A stretch of DNA of 32,000 bases from positions 1,830,001 to 1,862,000 of the forward strand of contig NC_017448.1 in assembly GCF_000146505.1 (NCBI RefSeq), in the 5' to 3' direction. The notes under the pieces are model-generated. The model had not been told where the DNA came from, made no database searches, and saw nothing but the letters and a program-made list of their open reading frames with translations. Numbering within the stretch: position 1 is the first letter of the stretch; every line of letters starts with the position of its first letter. The position numbers were made by a program, and so were the translations under genes. The stretch is from Fibrobacter succinogenes subsp. succinogenes S85 (lineage in GTDB: Bacteria > Fibrobacterota > Fibrobacteria > Fibrobacterales > Fibrobacteraceae). Of the stretch, positions 8,300-15,555 are shown piece by piece.

Positions 8300-9301
8300 A
8301 TGCTTAATTTAATAAGGGCTGTTAGCCGCTTTTTATCGACATACACATCGCTTTTCGTCATCGCATGTGCAGTCATCGCATTTTTCATCCCCATGCTTTT
8401 TGGCTGGGTTCACGGCAACACAAGCTCGATTATTCTCGGCATCATCATGCTCAGCATGGGCCTTACCATTACCATGGACGATGTCCGCAACTTGATGAAA
8501 CGTCCTGGCGACATTTTTCTCGGCGCCGTCGCGCAATACACCATCATGCCGCTCGTCGCATTTACACTCACGAAAGTCTTCGGGCTTGACCCGTATTTGG
8601 CCATCGGCATCATCCTAGTCGGTTGCTGCCCAGGCGGCGTTTCAAGTAACGTTATGAGCTTCTTGGCTAAAGGCGACGTGACCTATTCCGTGAGCATGAC
8701 CATGGCAAGCACACTTCTCGCTCCGCTCATGACTCCGCTTTTGGTCCTTTGGCTTGCTGACACGAGCATCGAAGTGAACGCCGTCGGCATGTTCCTCAAC
8801 ATCCTTTACGTGACCGTCTTCCCGATTGCAATCGGTTTCACCTGCAACTACTTCTTTGGTAAACGCGCAGGCTTCAAGGAATTCCAATCGAACATGCCCG
8901 CCGTGAGCGTTATCGGCCTTGCGTTAATCGTCGGTGGCGTCATCGTGACCGTTCGCCCGCAGCTTTTGACAAACGGCTTTGGACTTATCGCCCTCATTCT
9001 CGCAGTGGTATTCTTGCACAATGGTCTCGGCTACGTGCTCGGCTACAGCGTTGGTCGTTTGTTCAAATTCAACACCGCCAAGAAGCGCACCATCTCCATC
9101 GAAGTCGGCGTGCAGAATGCAGGCATGGCAACAGTCCTTGCCGGCGCATTCTTCGCCAACCCAGAGAATCTCGCCCTCCACCCGGAAGCCGCCCTCTGCG
9201 TTGTGCCATGCGCCATCAGCTGCGCCTACCATTCCATCAGCGGAACAATCCTCGCCGGCATCTACGCACACATGGACAAGAAGAAAGCAGTGCAAGGGTA
9301 A
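8300..9301 (+). CDS. bile acid:sodium symporter (BASS/SBF) family transporter
   Basis: 333 aa, polytopic. Has LVGCCPGGVSSNVMSFLAKGDV and SIEVGVQNAGMA, motifs characteristic of the SBF family. Confidence 0.85.
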   Translation: MLNLIRAVSRFLSTYTSLFVIACAVIAFFIPMLFGWVHGNTSSIILGIIMLSMGLTITMDDVRNLMKRPGDIFLGAVAQYTIMPLVAFTLTKVFGLDPYLAIGIILVGCCPGGVSSNVMSFLAKGDVTYSVSMTMASTLLAPLMTPLLVLWLADTSIEVNAVGMFLNILYVTVFPIAIGFTCNYFFGKRAGFKEFQSNMPAVSVIGLALIVGGVIVTVRPQLLTNGFGLIALILAVVFLHNGLGYVLGYSVGRLFKFNTAKKRTISIEVGVQNAGMATVLAGAFFANPENLALHPEAALCVVPCAISCAYHSISGTILAGIYAHMDKKKAVQG

Positions 9302-9304
9302 AAG

Positions 9305-9454
9305 CTAAAAACGTTCACCCAGCCTCTTCAAAATAATTAGCACCTCCACGTACACCAACATCTGCGCGAAATACCAAATAATTGCCATACCCACAAAAAC
9401 AATAAAAAGTTTGAAGCGCACAACAGGAGTCAACGGAGGTCTCTTTTTGTTCAT
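9305..9454 (-). CDS. possible 49-aa single-pass membrane peptide (below the ORF-track cutoff)
   Basis: Hand translation gives MNKKRPPLTPVVRFKLFIVFVGMAIIWYFAQMLVYVEVLIILKRLGERF. GAGGA lies 8 nt upstream of the ATG. It has a basic N-terminus and one hydrophobic helix. No homology was assessed. Confidence 0.35.
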   Translation of the reverse strand: MNKKRPPLTPVVRFKLFIVFVGMAIIWYFAQMLVYVEVLIILKRLGERF

Positions 9455-9539
9455 TTTAAAATCCTCGTTTTGTCATAATCTAACTCCGAGGTGCGACAAT
9501 TAATGTCGTCTACCAGGGAGCCTTATGTTTAAAGGAAAG

Positions 9540-9565
9540 CGGAGTCCCAATCGGGGCTCCGTTTT
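9540..9565. terminator. GC-rich hairpin at the downstream end of the minus-strand three-gene unit
   Basis: cggagtccc-aatc-ggggctccg, 9 bp including one G-U. It is followed by TTTT on the plus strand and by cTTTCCTTT on the minus strand. It lies 25 nt past the stop at 9586. Confidence 0.45.
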
Positions 9566-9585
9566 CGCATCACATTTATTAGGAA

Positions 9586-9834
9586 TTATTTCGTCTCCGT
9601 CATCAATTGGTCATCCAATTGCGACAGAGAACGCATCTTAAAAGCCCCAAACGTCCCCGCACGGCAATCAACACAGATTTTTCCGTCCAGGTTTTCGCGA
9701 GCCATTCTTTCAATATCTTCGGCAAAGGCACGAACCGCCAAAACGATTTCGTCAACAGAACCAGCACGGATGCAATCCGCAGTCCAGCTATGTTCAACGA
9801 CTTCATTTTCCACAGTTACATTTCGAGCTGTCAT
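9586..9834 (-). CDS. hypothetical 82-aa protein (no family recognised)
   Basis: Its ATG overlaps the upstream stop as ATGA (9831-9834), implying translational coupling. Confidence 0.6.
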   Translation of the reverse strand: MTARNVTVENEVVEHSWTADCIRAGSVDEIVLAVRAFAEDIERMARENLDGKICVDCRAGTFGAFKMRSLSQLDDQLMTETK

Positions 9835-10454
9835 GCAGCCTCCTTTGCGTCAACTTTACCAACTTTACACACAACAGACTTCACGAGAAGTCTCAGCTGT
9901 GTCAACGGATGCTCAGGATAGAGGTCATCATAGAATGGGTCCTCGCCCAAGCTATAACAACACCCTTTGCGCGGCATCCTATATATACAATCATACCCAG
10001 TATTCTCTGAGGAGGTTCCGAAAACGTCAGCGACAATTTTGCGATACTCGTCCTCGTGAATAGACCTTCGTTGGTATGAATTACCACGTTCCTCGCCAGA
10101 AACGAACAAGCGAACTATCTTTCGGCCTTTACACACATACAAATTCAGGAAGTAGCACACTTTCTCCTTCGTCTGATCCTTCGTAATGTAATAACGGCAA
10201 AGCACACCGTTTACCACAACATCGCGAAAATCAACGATACAAGAATTAGGCTTTTCCAAAGACCGAAGCAAATCTACACCGTCAAAGGAACGTATTTCAG
10301 GCAGAAAATCCTTACGAGATATTTTGCACGCCATCGCAAGAATCAAGGATTCCTTCGATTCACGGGCAAAATAAGCCTCTTTTTCATCACAGGCCTCTTT
10401 CTCGACCTTACGATACTCGGGAGGCATAAGTTTTTCTAGCCATTTCAACGACAT
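9831..10454 (-). CDS. hypothetical 207-aa protein, Cys-rich (no family recognised)
   Basis: ATG at 10454 is preceded by AGGAGG, 9 nt after the upstream stop. The ORF is long in an AT-rich context, where chance ORFs are unlikely. Confidence 0.7.
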   Translation of the reverse strand: MSLKWLEKLMPPEYRKVEKEACDEKEAYFARESKESLILAMACKISRKDFLPEIRSFDGVDLLRSLEKPNSCIVDFRDVVVNGVLCRYYITKDQTKEKVCYFLNLYVCKGRKIVRLFVSGEERGNSYQRRSIHEDEYRKIVADVFGTSSENTGYDCIYRMPRKGCCYSLGEDPFYDDLYPEHPLTQLRLLVKSVVCKVGKVDAKEAA

Positions 10455-10463
10455 TCCAACCTC

Positions 10464-10847
10464 CTAGAAAATTTTTGTGCGAAGAAGAGCCTTAACATAG
10501 TCCAAGAAGTTCATTTTCCTTGCAGGAGCAGGAATTTGCGAAAGATCCAAACCATAGTTCGAAGCCTTCGCAAAACCAACGCAAAAGGCTTGGCGTTTGC
10601 TGAATCGATTCGGGATGCAGTAACACACAATGCTTTCTCCAGAATCGTTAACAAAACCACTCTCGAAGCAAAATTTGCCCTCGCCAAAGCGATGCATTCC
10701 AACGCCATTCACCGCTCTCTCATAAGAAGCAGCAACACGGCTTAACGCCTGCTGAACAGATACAATATTGCGTTCGCTAGACTGCATAATCAAGCACTTG
10801 AGTTTGGTAAGTTCATTTTTAATAAAAATGTCATCATGTAGTTTCAT
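10464..10847 (-). CDS. hypothetical 127-aa protein (no family recognised)
   Basis: I prefer the ATG at 10847 (MKLHDDIFIKNE..., with GGAGA 7 nt upstream) to the TTG at 10910 used by the track. Confidence 0.6.
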   Translation of the reverse strand: MKLHDDIFIKNELTKLKCLIMQSSERNIVSVQQALSRVAASYERAVNGVGMHRFGEGKFCFESGFVNDSGESIVCYCIPNRFSKRQAFCVGFAKASNYGLDLSQIPAPARKMNFLDYVKALLRTKIF

Positions 10848-10990
10848 TGAAAATCTCCATTTTAAATCATTCACATTAATCACGCCCTCTATTTCAGAGA
10901 CTAGAGTCAAAAGTGAAAAAGCAGCCGGCAGCAGTTTTCTAGACCGTACCGGCCATTTTCTCTATTTTTTCAATAGCAGCAAGGCTACCG

Positions 10991-11150
10991 AAAAAGCATT
11001 TATATGGATTTACACTAGCAGCTCGACTTATTTGGCATCAGTCTTCACTGTCCGAATAAGCGAGCATCAACTAGACTTTATCTCGCCTAGAGCCAACTAC
11101 AATTCAACGAATTATGTCGGCACCAAGCTAAAGCGACTTACGTAACGAAA
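10991..11150. repeat. conserved ~150-nt non-coding element, copy A (upstream of the 127-aa gene)
   Basis: Aligns with 11414-11562 at roughly 80% identity by eye, with one 11-nt indel (tatctcgccta, only in A). The two copies share an identical 24-mer, tcggcaccaagctaaagcgactta. The central hairpin is 11021-11065. Confidence 0.8.
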
Positions 11151-11178
11151 AACACCGTTATGCGCAATTTATGGTCGG

Positions 11179-11367
11179 TCAAGCGTCTTCCTCTTCTTCG
11201 CCATCACCTTCTTCATCCTCATCCGAAGGCGGTTCATAATCCCATCCGGCATTGAACGATCTGGCGAAGTCGTCTTCTTCATCAACGTAACCATCTTCTT
11301 GTTCTTGCTCAAATTCATCATCATTGATGTGCTCGTCAATAAACTGATTCCAATTGTCCTTTTTCAT
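11179..11367 (-). CDS. hyper-acidic 62-aa protein (28 of 62 residues are Asp/Glu)
   Basis: MKKDNWNQFIDEHINDDEFEQEQEDGYVDEEDDFARSFNAGWDYEPPSDEDEEGDGEEEEDA. AAGGAGA lies 5 nt upstream of the ATG at 11367; the track start at 11388 lacks an SD. Confidence 0.6.
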   Translation of the reverse strand: MKKDNWNQFIDEHINDDEFEQEQEDGYVDEEDDFARSFNAGWDYEPPSDEDEEGDGEEEEDA

Positions 11368-11413
11368 GTTATTCTCCTTGAAGTCCATTAATCAGACTTT
11401 CTGGGATAGAGCT

Positions 11414-11562
11414 AAAAATGAATTTATTGGATTTACATTAGCTGTTCGGATTATTTGGAATCTGTCTTCACAGACCGAATAATGGAGCATCAGCTAGACT
11501 TGAGCCAACCATAATTCACCAAATTATATCGGCACCAAGCTAAAGCGACTTATGTAACAGAA
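11414..11562. repeat. conserved ~150-nt non-coding element, copy B (upstream of the acidic-protein gene)
   Basis: See copy A. The central hairpin is 11450-11483. On the minus strand it has a TATAAT-like box (gatataat; cataat in copy A). Confidence 0.8.
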
Positions 11563-11668
11563 AAGGCTACAAAGTCAATCATGATAATGGCCGTATCTAC
11601 ATAAGTAGCTTGAACGGCTTTAACCCTAATATAAGATATTTCCCAAAACACGTCAAGTCTCTCCCAGC

Positions 11669-11710
11669 AAAAAAAAAATAAAACCGCATCGGACAAATGT
11701 ACGACGCTGC
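11669..11710 (-). terminator. rho-independent terminator (second of two after the YidE-like gene)
   Basis: On the minus strand the hairpin gcagcgtcg...cgatgcgg is followed by TTTTATTTTTTTTTT. Confidence 0.5.
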
Positions 11711-11777
11711 TTTATTTCTATCAAAATTTTCTCATCACACAAGAATGACAACTCCGATTACATCGGATTTCAAAACA

Positions 11778-11810
11778 TTTGAAAAGGGCGGCCCTTTCGA
11801 GCCGCCCTTT
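11778..11810 (-). terminator. rho-independent terminator of the YidE-like gene
   Basis: aaagggcggc / gccgcccttt, a 10-bp stem with an 8-nt loop. A T-run follows on the minus strand. Confidence 0.7.
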
Positions 11811-11892
11811 GTTATGACCAGGAAAACCAAAATAACTGTTATCGCGCCGCGCGCACCTTGACTTACATTCAATCGCGCATCTCGCCAGCGTT

Positions 11893-13557
11893 CTAAGAGA
11901 TTAGCAGTATCGCAAGCACTTGCCCACTCAAGATTCTCAGTAACATCGTGAGCGGATAAACAGATGCGTAACCAACGTTTGTCGCTTCGGAATTGCTGAG
12001 GCCGTTTGCGAACGCGAGAGCCGGAGGGTCTGTCGTTGCACCTGCAAGCACACCGCAAAGCGAAAGGTAATTGACCTTGAACACCGCCTTGCCAACAATC
12101 GCCACAATCATCAGCGGGAAGAACGTGATAATCGCCGAGAGCGCCATGTAGTAGAATCCGTCGCCATTCAAGAGCACATCGAAGAACTTGATACCTGCAT
12201 TGAGACCCACGCAGCTGAGGAATATCGTAATGCCGAGTTCACGCAGCATGAGGTTTGCGCTGTTCGCCATGAAGAAGTTGAGCGGGCCAATCTTACGTTT
12301 ACGGCTGAGGATAATCGCGACAATCAGCGGGCCGCCAGCAAGGCCGAGTTTGAGCGGAGTCGGCATGCCAGGAATCGCAACCGGGATGCTACCGACAATC
12401 ACGCCGAGGAAAATGCCGAGGAATGCGGGGAGAATTTCCGGATGGTCAAGCGCCGTGAGCGAGTCACCCAATTCCTTCGCGGCAGCGGCAATGCTTTCCG
12501 GCGTACCGACAACGAGCAACTTATCTGCAAACTTCACACGGATATCGAGGCGCCCGGTAAACTTAAATCCGCCACGCGTCACTCGGCTCACGGTCACGCC
12601 AAAGCGGTCATTGAGCGCAAGCTGCTGAATGCTCTTGCCAAGAATTTTCTTGTTCGTCACGAGAATCGTCTTGACCGCCAAATTCGACTTCTGGAGCGTA
12701 ATCGGGTTTTCTTGCTTTTCGCCAATAATCTTCTGCAAACTCTCAATCGCATCCGGCATACCGACGACATGCACCAAGTCATGGAGCTCAAGCGTCATAT
12801 CGCCCTTCGGCATGTTAATCACCTGATCGCGAGCATGGCGCGTTACCACAGCACCCGAAGAGATGAGCCCCGGAATGTCCTTGATCTTGCAGCCCACAAG
12901 ATTTACGTTATCCACACGGAGCGTGCAAGAGACGATTTCCTTGGACTGTTCTGCAATTTCTTTCTGGTATTCTGCGGCAGCAACTTCCGGCTTTTGCCTA
13001 AAGAACACGCGCACAAGAATCATCACGAGGATAATGCCAATCACGCCGAACGGGTAAGCCACCGCATAGCCAACGCCCGTGAGTGAAGCGTCTACGCCAG
13101 CCGCCGTCAGAGCAGAATTCGCAGCACCGAGCGACGGGGTGTTCGTCACGGCACCGCAAAGCATGCCAATCAGCACCGGCACGTTATCGTGCATGTTCGT
13201 CGTAAAGTAAATAAGAACGGTAGCAAGTACACCCAGGAGGACGATACTCACCGCAAGAATGTTGAGCACCAGACCGTGTCGCTTTATGGAGTCAATAAAG
13301 CCCGGGCCTACTTGCATACCGATTGTATAGACAAAGAGAATGAGGCCAAATTCCTGCATAAAATGAAGAACGCTGGGCTCGATTCGCATTCCGATATGAC
13401 CGAGAAGGATTCCTACGAAAAGAGCGCCAGCTCCCCCAAGGCTCACGCCTTTCACCTTGACCTTGCCCAGCATGATGCCGATGGCAGCCGTCAAGGATAG
13501 CGCGAGTACTTGTTGCCCTACGGAGGGCTTTGCAAACAGGTCAATTAGCCAGTCCAT
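11893..13557 (-). CDS. YidE/YbjL-type putative transporter (AAE family, two central TrkA-C/RCK-C domains)
   Basis: N-terminus MDWLIDLFAKPSVGQQVLALSLTAAIGIMLGKVKVKGVSLGGAGALFVGILLGH. There is a duplicated membrane domain and soluble middle domains. I prefer the ATG at 13557 (GAAGG upstream) to the GTG at 13566. Confidence 0.8.
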   Translation of the reverse strand: MDWLIDLFAKPSVGQQVLALSLTAAIGIMLGKVKVKGVSLGGAGALFVGILLGHIGMRIEPSVLHFMQEFGLILFVYTIGMQVGPGFIDSIKRHGLVLNILAVSIVLLGVLATVLIYFTTNMHDNVPVLIGMLCGAVTNTPSLGAANSALTAAGVDASLTGVGYAVAYPFGVIGIILVMILVRVFFRQKPEVAAAEYQKEIAEQSKEIVSCTLRVDNVNLVGCKIKDIPGLISSGAVVTRHARDQVINMPKGDMTLELHDLVHVVGMPDAIESLQKIIGEKQENPITLQKSNLAVKTILVTNKKILGKSIQQLALNDRFGVTVSRVTRGGFKFTGRLDIRVKFADKLLVVGTPESIAAAAKELGDSLTALDHPEILPAFLGIFLGVIVGSIPVAIPGMPTPLKLGLAGGPLIVAIILSRKRKIGPLNFFMANSANLMLRELGITIFLSCVGLNAGIKFFDVLLNGDGFYYMALSAIITFFPLMIVAIVGKAVFKVNYLSLCGVLAGATTDPPALAFANGLSNSEATNVGYASVYPLTMLLRILSGQVLAILLIS

Positions 13558-13763
13558 TTTATACACCTTCTTTTTTTCGCACCCAAATTTAGTTTAGGAG
13601 ATTAATAATGACTAATAGATTATTCATATTAGATTAATAACGAAAAATGATAGATAACGCATTTGCGCAATTTACGCCCCTCCAGTTGCTAGTATTAATA
13701 TAATTTTACCGCGCTACAAAAGGCAAACAAAAAAGTCTACCCCTTACAGATTCTCGGCAAAAA

Positions 13764-14828
13764 CTACTCCAGATACACTACTTCGCCCATTTGCGGCATA
13801 AGCACAAGCTTTCCTGATTCCTGAGCGGCGCGTTTTGCGTTTTCGAGCGGTTCGAAATAAGAATGATAAGCCAAGCAGAACTTGGAATGATGAACCGTCA
13901 TGTATCGATTGGCATTCAAGTCCAGCATTTCTTTACTGAGCTGTTCGGGCAAGGCATGAATTTGGTTCCAATCTTCATTGTACTGCCCGTTCTCGAGAAT
14001 GGCGAGGTCGATATCTGCAAATTTTTCACCAATCTTCTTGAAATGCTTGCCGTAACCGCTATCACCACCAATCCAAACAGTGCGTTTCGGAGTATTGAAC
14101 ACAAACGAGGACCACAGCGACTTATTCGGCCTTATCCCACGACCCGAAAAATGTCTAGCAGGTGTCGATGTCACCACAAACTTTGCATCCTCAGCCGCTT
14201 CCAAGTCAACAGTTTCCCACCAATCAAGTTCCACGAGTTTTTCGACAGGGTAACCCCAGTATTCAAAATGTTCACCCACGCCAAGTCCCGTCACCACACG
14301 CTTTACGCGCGGTTCGAGTTCTTTCACGGCCTGATAATCCAGATGATCCCAGTGGTCATGCGAAATCACCAGGTAATCGATATCCGGCATGTCAACAGGC
14401 TTGTAAACGTCTGTTCCCTTGAACATCTTGTTCACAAAGCTTACTGGCGAGCCCTGATAAAACACGGGATCCACAAGGATCTTTTTCCCGGACAAGTTCA
14501 TCAGATACGAAGAATGTCCAAACCAGACAATCCAATCACGGTCCTGCGGTAGCGATTTTAAGTCCGTCTTGACAACCGTCAGCGCTGTATCGGGAACGGT
14601 TTGCGACCTTTTGCCGAACAAGAATTCAAGCGTCGTTTCAAACAAGTTCTTATCACCCGTCATTGTGACAGTCTTTTCGTCATTCACGAACTTCTGGCCA
14701 TCGTAATGTGGTGACTGCTTAATGCGTTCAAGGCGTTTACCTTGCGGAATACGCCCAAATTTCGCTTGGTTCAGGAACAGCACGCCAACGGTTCCCAAAA
14801 TAAAAAGGGTCGAAAGTGCGATAATCAT
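13764..14828 (-). CDS. membrane-anchored MBL-fold metallo-hydrolase
   Basis: N-terminal TM helix, then the ISHDHWDHLD (HxHxDH) zinc motif. Its start lies 31 nt downstream of the MerR gene's stop on the same strand. Confidence 0.8.
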   Translation of the reverse strand: MIIALSTLFILGTVGVLFLNQAKFGRIPQGKRLERIKQSPHYDGQKFVNDEKTVTMTGDKNLFETTLEFLFGKRSQTVPDTALTVVKTDLKSLPQDRDWIVWFGHSSYLMNLSGKKILVDPVFYQGSPVSFVNKMFKGTDVYKPVDMPDIDYLVISHDHWDHLDYQAVKELEPRVKRVVTGLGVGEHFEYWGYPVEKLVELDWWETVDLEAAEDAKFVVTSTPARHFSGRGIRPNKSLWSSFVFNTPKRTVWIGGDSGYGKHFKKIGEKFADIDLAILENGQYNEDWNQIHALPEQLSKEMLDLNANRYMTVHHSKFCLAYHSYFEPLENAKRAAQESGKLVLMPQMGEVVYLE

Positions 14829-14858
14829 AATTTCTTTTTCTTCGTTATTTTTTCATGT

Positions 14859-15386
14859 CTAGCCTGTTACCTTGTCAAAATCGTCCGGTGATTCGAACAG
14901 TTTTTTCTTGAGTCGTAAAAGTTTCGGATTCTTGTCAGCGGCATCAAGGCTTCCCTGCTTGACAGCTTCCTCGTACAAGAGTTCCTTGAAGTGGATCTTG
15001 TTCAGCACCACCGTAAGGCGTTTCATTTCTTTTTCAACCGCCTCACGACGGCTTCGGAAAAGTTTCAATCGTTGCTGCAACGTAGAATCACCTTCGCGGT
15101 ACCAGTTGATATACTGGCGGATTTCCTTGATTTGAAGCCCCGAATCCTTGAGGCATTCAATCATCGTCAACCATTGCAAATCCATATCAGAATAGGCTCG
15201 CATTCCGGATTTATTCTTTTGCACAAAAGGAAGCAGTCCCTCTTTTTCGTAATAGCGCAACGTATGCACAGAGAGACCCGTCTTCTTGACAACCTCACCG
15301 ATAGAATAGCACATTGCATTACCCCCATGTACACCTCTTTCCTTGCCTTTTTCACAATCGTTCTGCGCGGTATTGTCCATAGCCAT
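14859..15386 (-). CDS. MerR-family transcriptional regulator
   Basis: YSIGEVVKKTGLSVHTLRYYEKEGLLP HTH, followed by a coiled-coil. The true start may be the internal ATG at 15314 (MCYSIGEV). Confidence 0.85.
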   Translation of the reverse strand: MAMDNTAQNDCEKGKERGVHGGNAMCYSIGEVVKKTGLSVHTLRYYEKEGLLPFVQKNKSGMRAYSDMDLQWLTMIECLKDSGLQIKEIRQYINWYREGDSTLQQRLKLFRSRREAVEKEMKRLTVVLNKIHFKELLYEEAVKQGSLDAADKNPKLLRLKKKLFESPDDFDKVTG

Positions 15387-15423
15387 TCATCCTTGGTTTA
15401 GATGTTCTCTAAAAATATAACAT

Positions 15424-15439
15424 CTAGAGTTAGCTCTAG
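15424..15439. promoter_or_regulatory. inverted repeat ctagag-ttag-ctctag in the MerR/Nudix divergent region (possible operator)
   Basis: Perfect 6-bp arms, 38 nt upstream of the MerR start at 15386. Position is the only evidence. Confidence 0.25.
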
Positions 15440-15493
15440 GTCAAGGTATTTTTTTTGAAAAAATTTGCGCTTAGAAAAAATTTTCTCTTGCCG

Positions 15494-15522
15494 TCCACAC
15501 ATTTTCGTTCATTACTATATTA
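15494..15522 (+). promoter_or_regulatory. candidate promoter of the Nudix gene
   Basis: TCCACA, 17 nt, then TATATT (within ttactatatta), 34 nt upstream of the ATG. Confidence 0.35.
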
Positions 15523-15555
15523 TACTGCAACAAGTTTTTTTTCGGGCGGGTAGAC

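Noticed and set aside
11119-11139. The invariant block tcGGCACcaagctaaaGCg as a sigma-54 (-24/-12) promoter, prompted by the sigma-54 activator at the window start
   Set aside because: The GG-to-GC spacing does not match TGGCAC-N5-TTGC, and the motif is on the strand opposite to the downstream genes.
10768-11145. 125-aa plus-strand ORF running through repeat copy A
   Set aside because: The equivalent frame in copy B is closed by stops. It uses a non-ATG start and overlaps the 5' end of the minus-strand 127-aa gene. The element is better explained as non-coding.
10991-11562. The two ~150-nt repeats as a CRISPR array or as integron attC sites
   Set aside because: They are not CRISPR: there are only two copies, they are far too long, they are imperfect, and a protein-coding gene separates them. 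They are not classical attC: I found no R''/R' core pair (RYYYAAC...GTTRRRY), since the nearest strings GTTACAT and GTTACGT violate the consensus. The hairpin also occupies only the first third of the element, and no intI is present.
11735-12058. 107-aa minus-strand ORF
   Set aside because: It overlaps the 3' end of the YidE-like CDS in another frame and runs through both of that gene's terminators.
12442-13086. 214-aa and neighbouring plus-strand ORFs (12188-12628, 12629-12826, 12863-13057, 13189-13500)
   Set aside because: All lie antisense within the YidE-like transporter gene. None has independent support.
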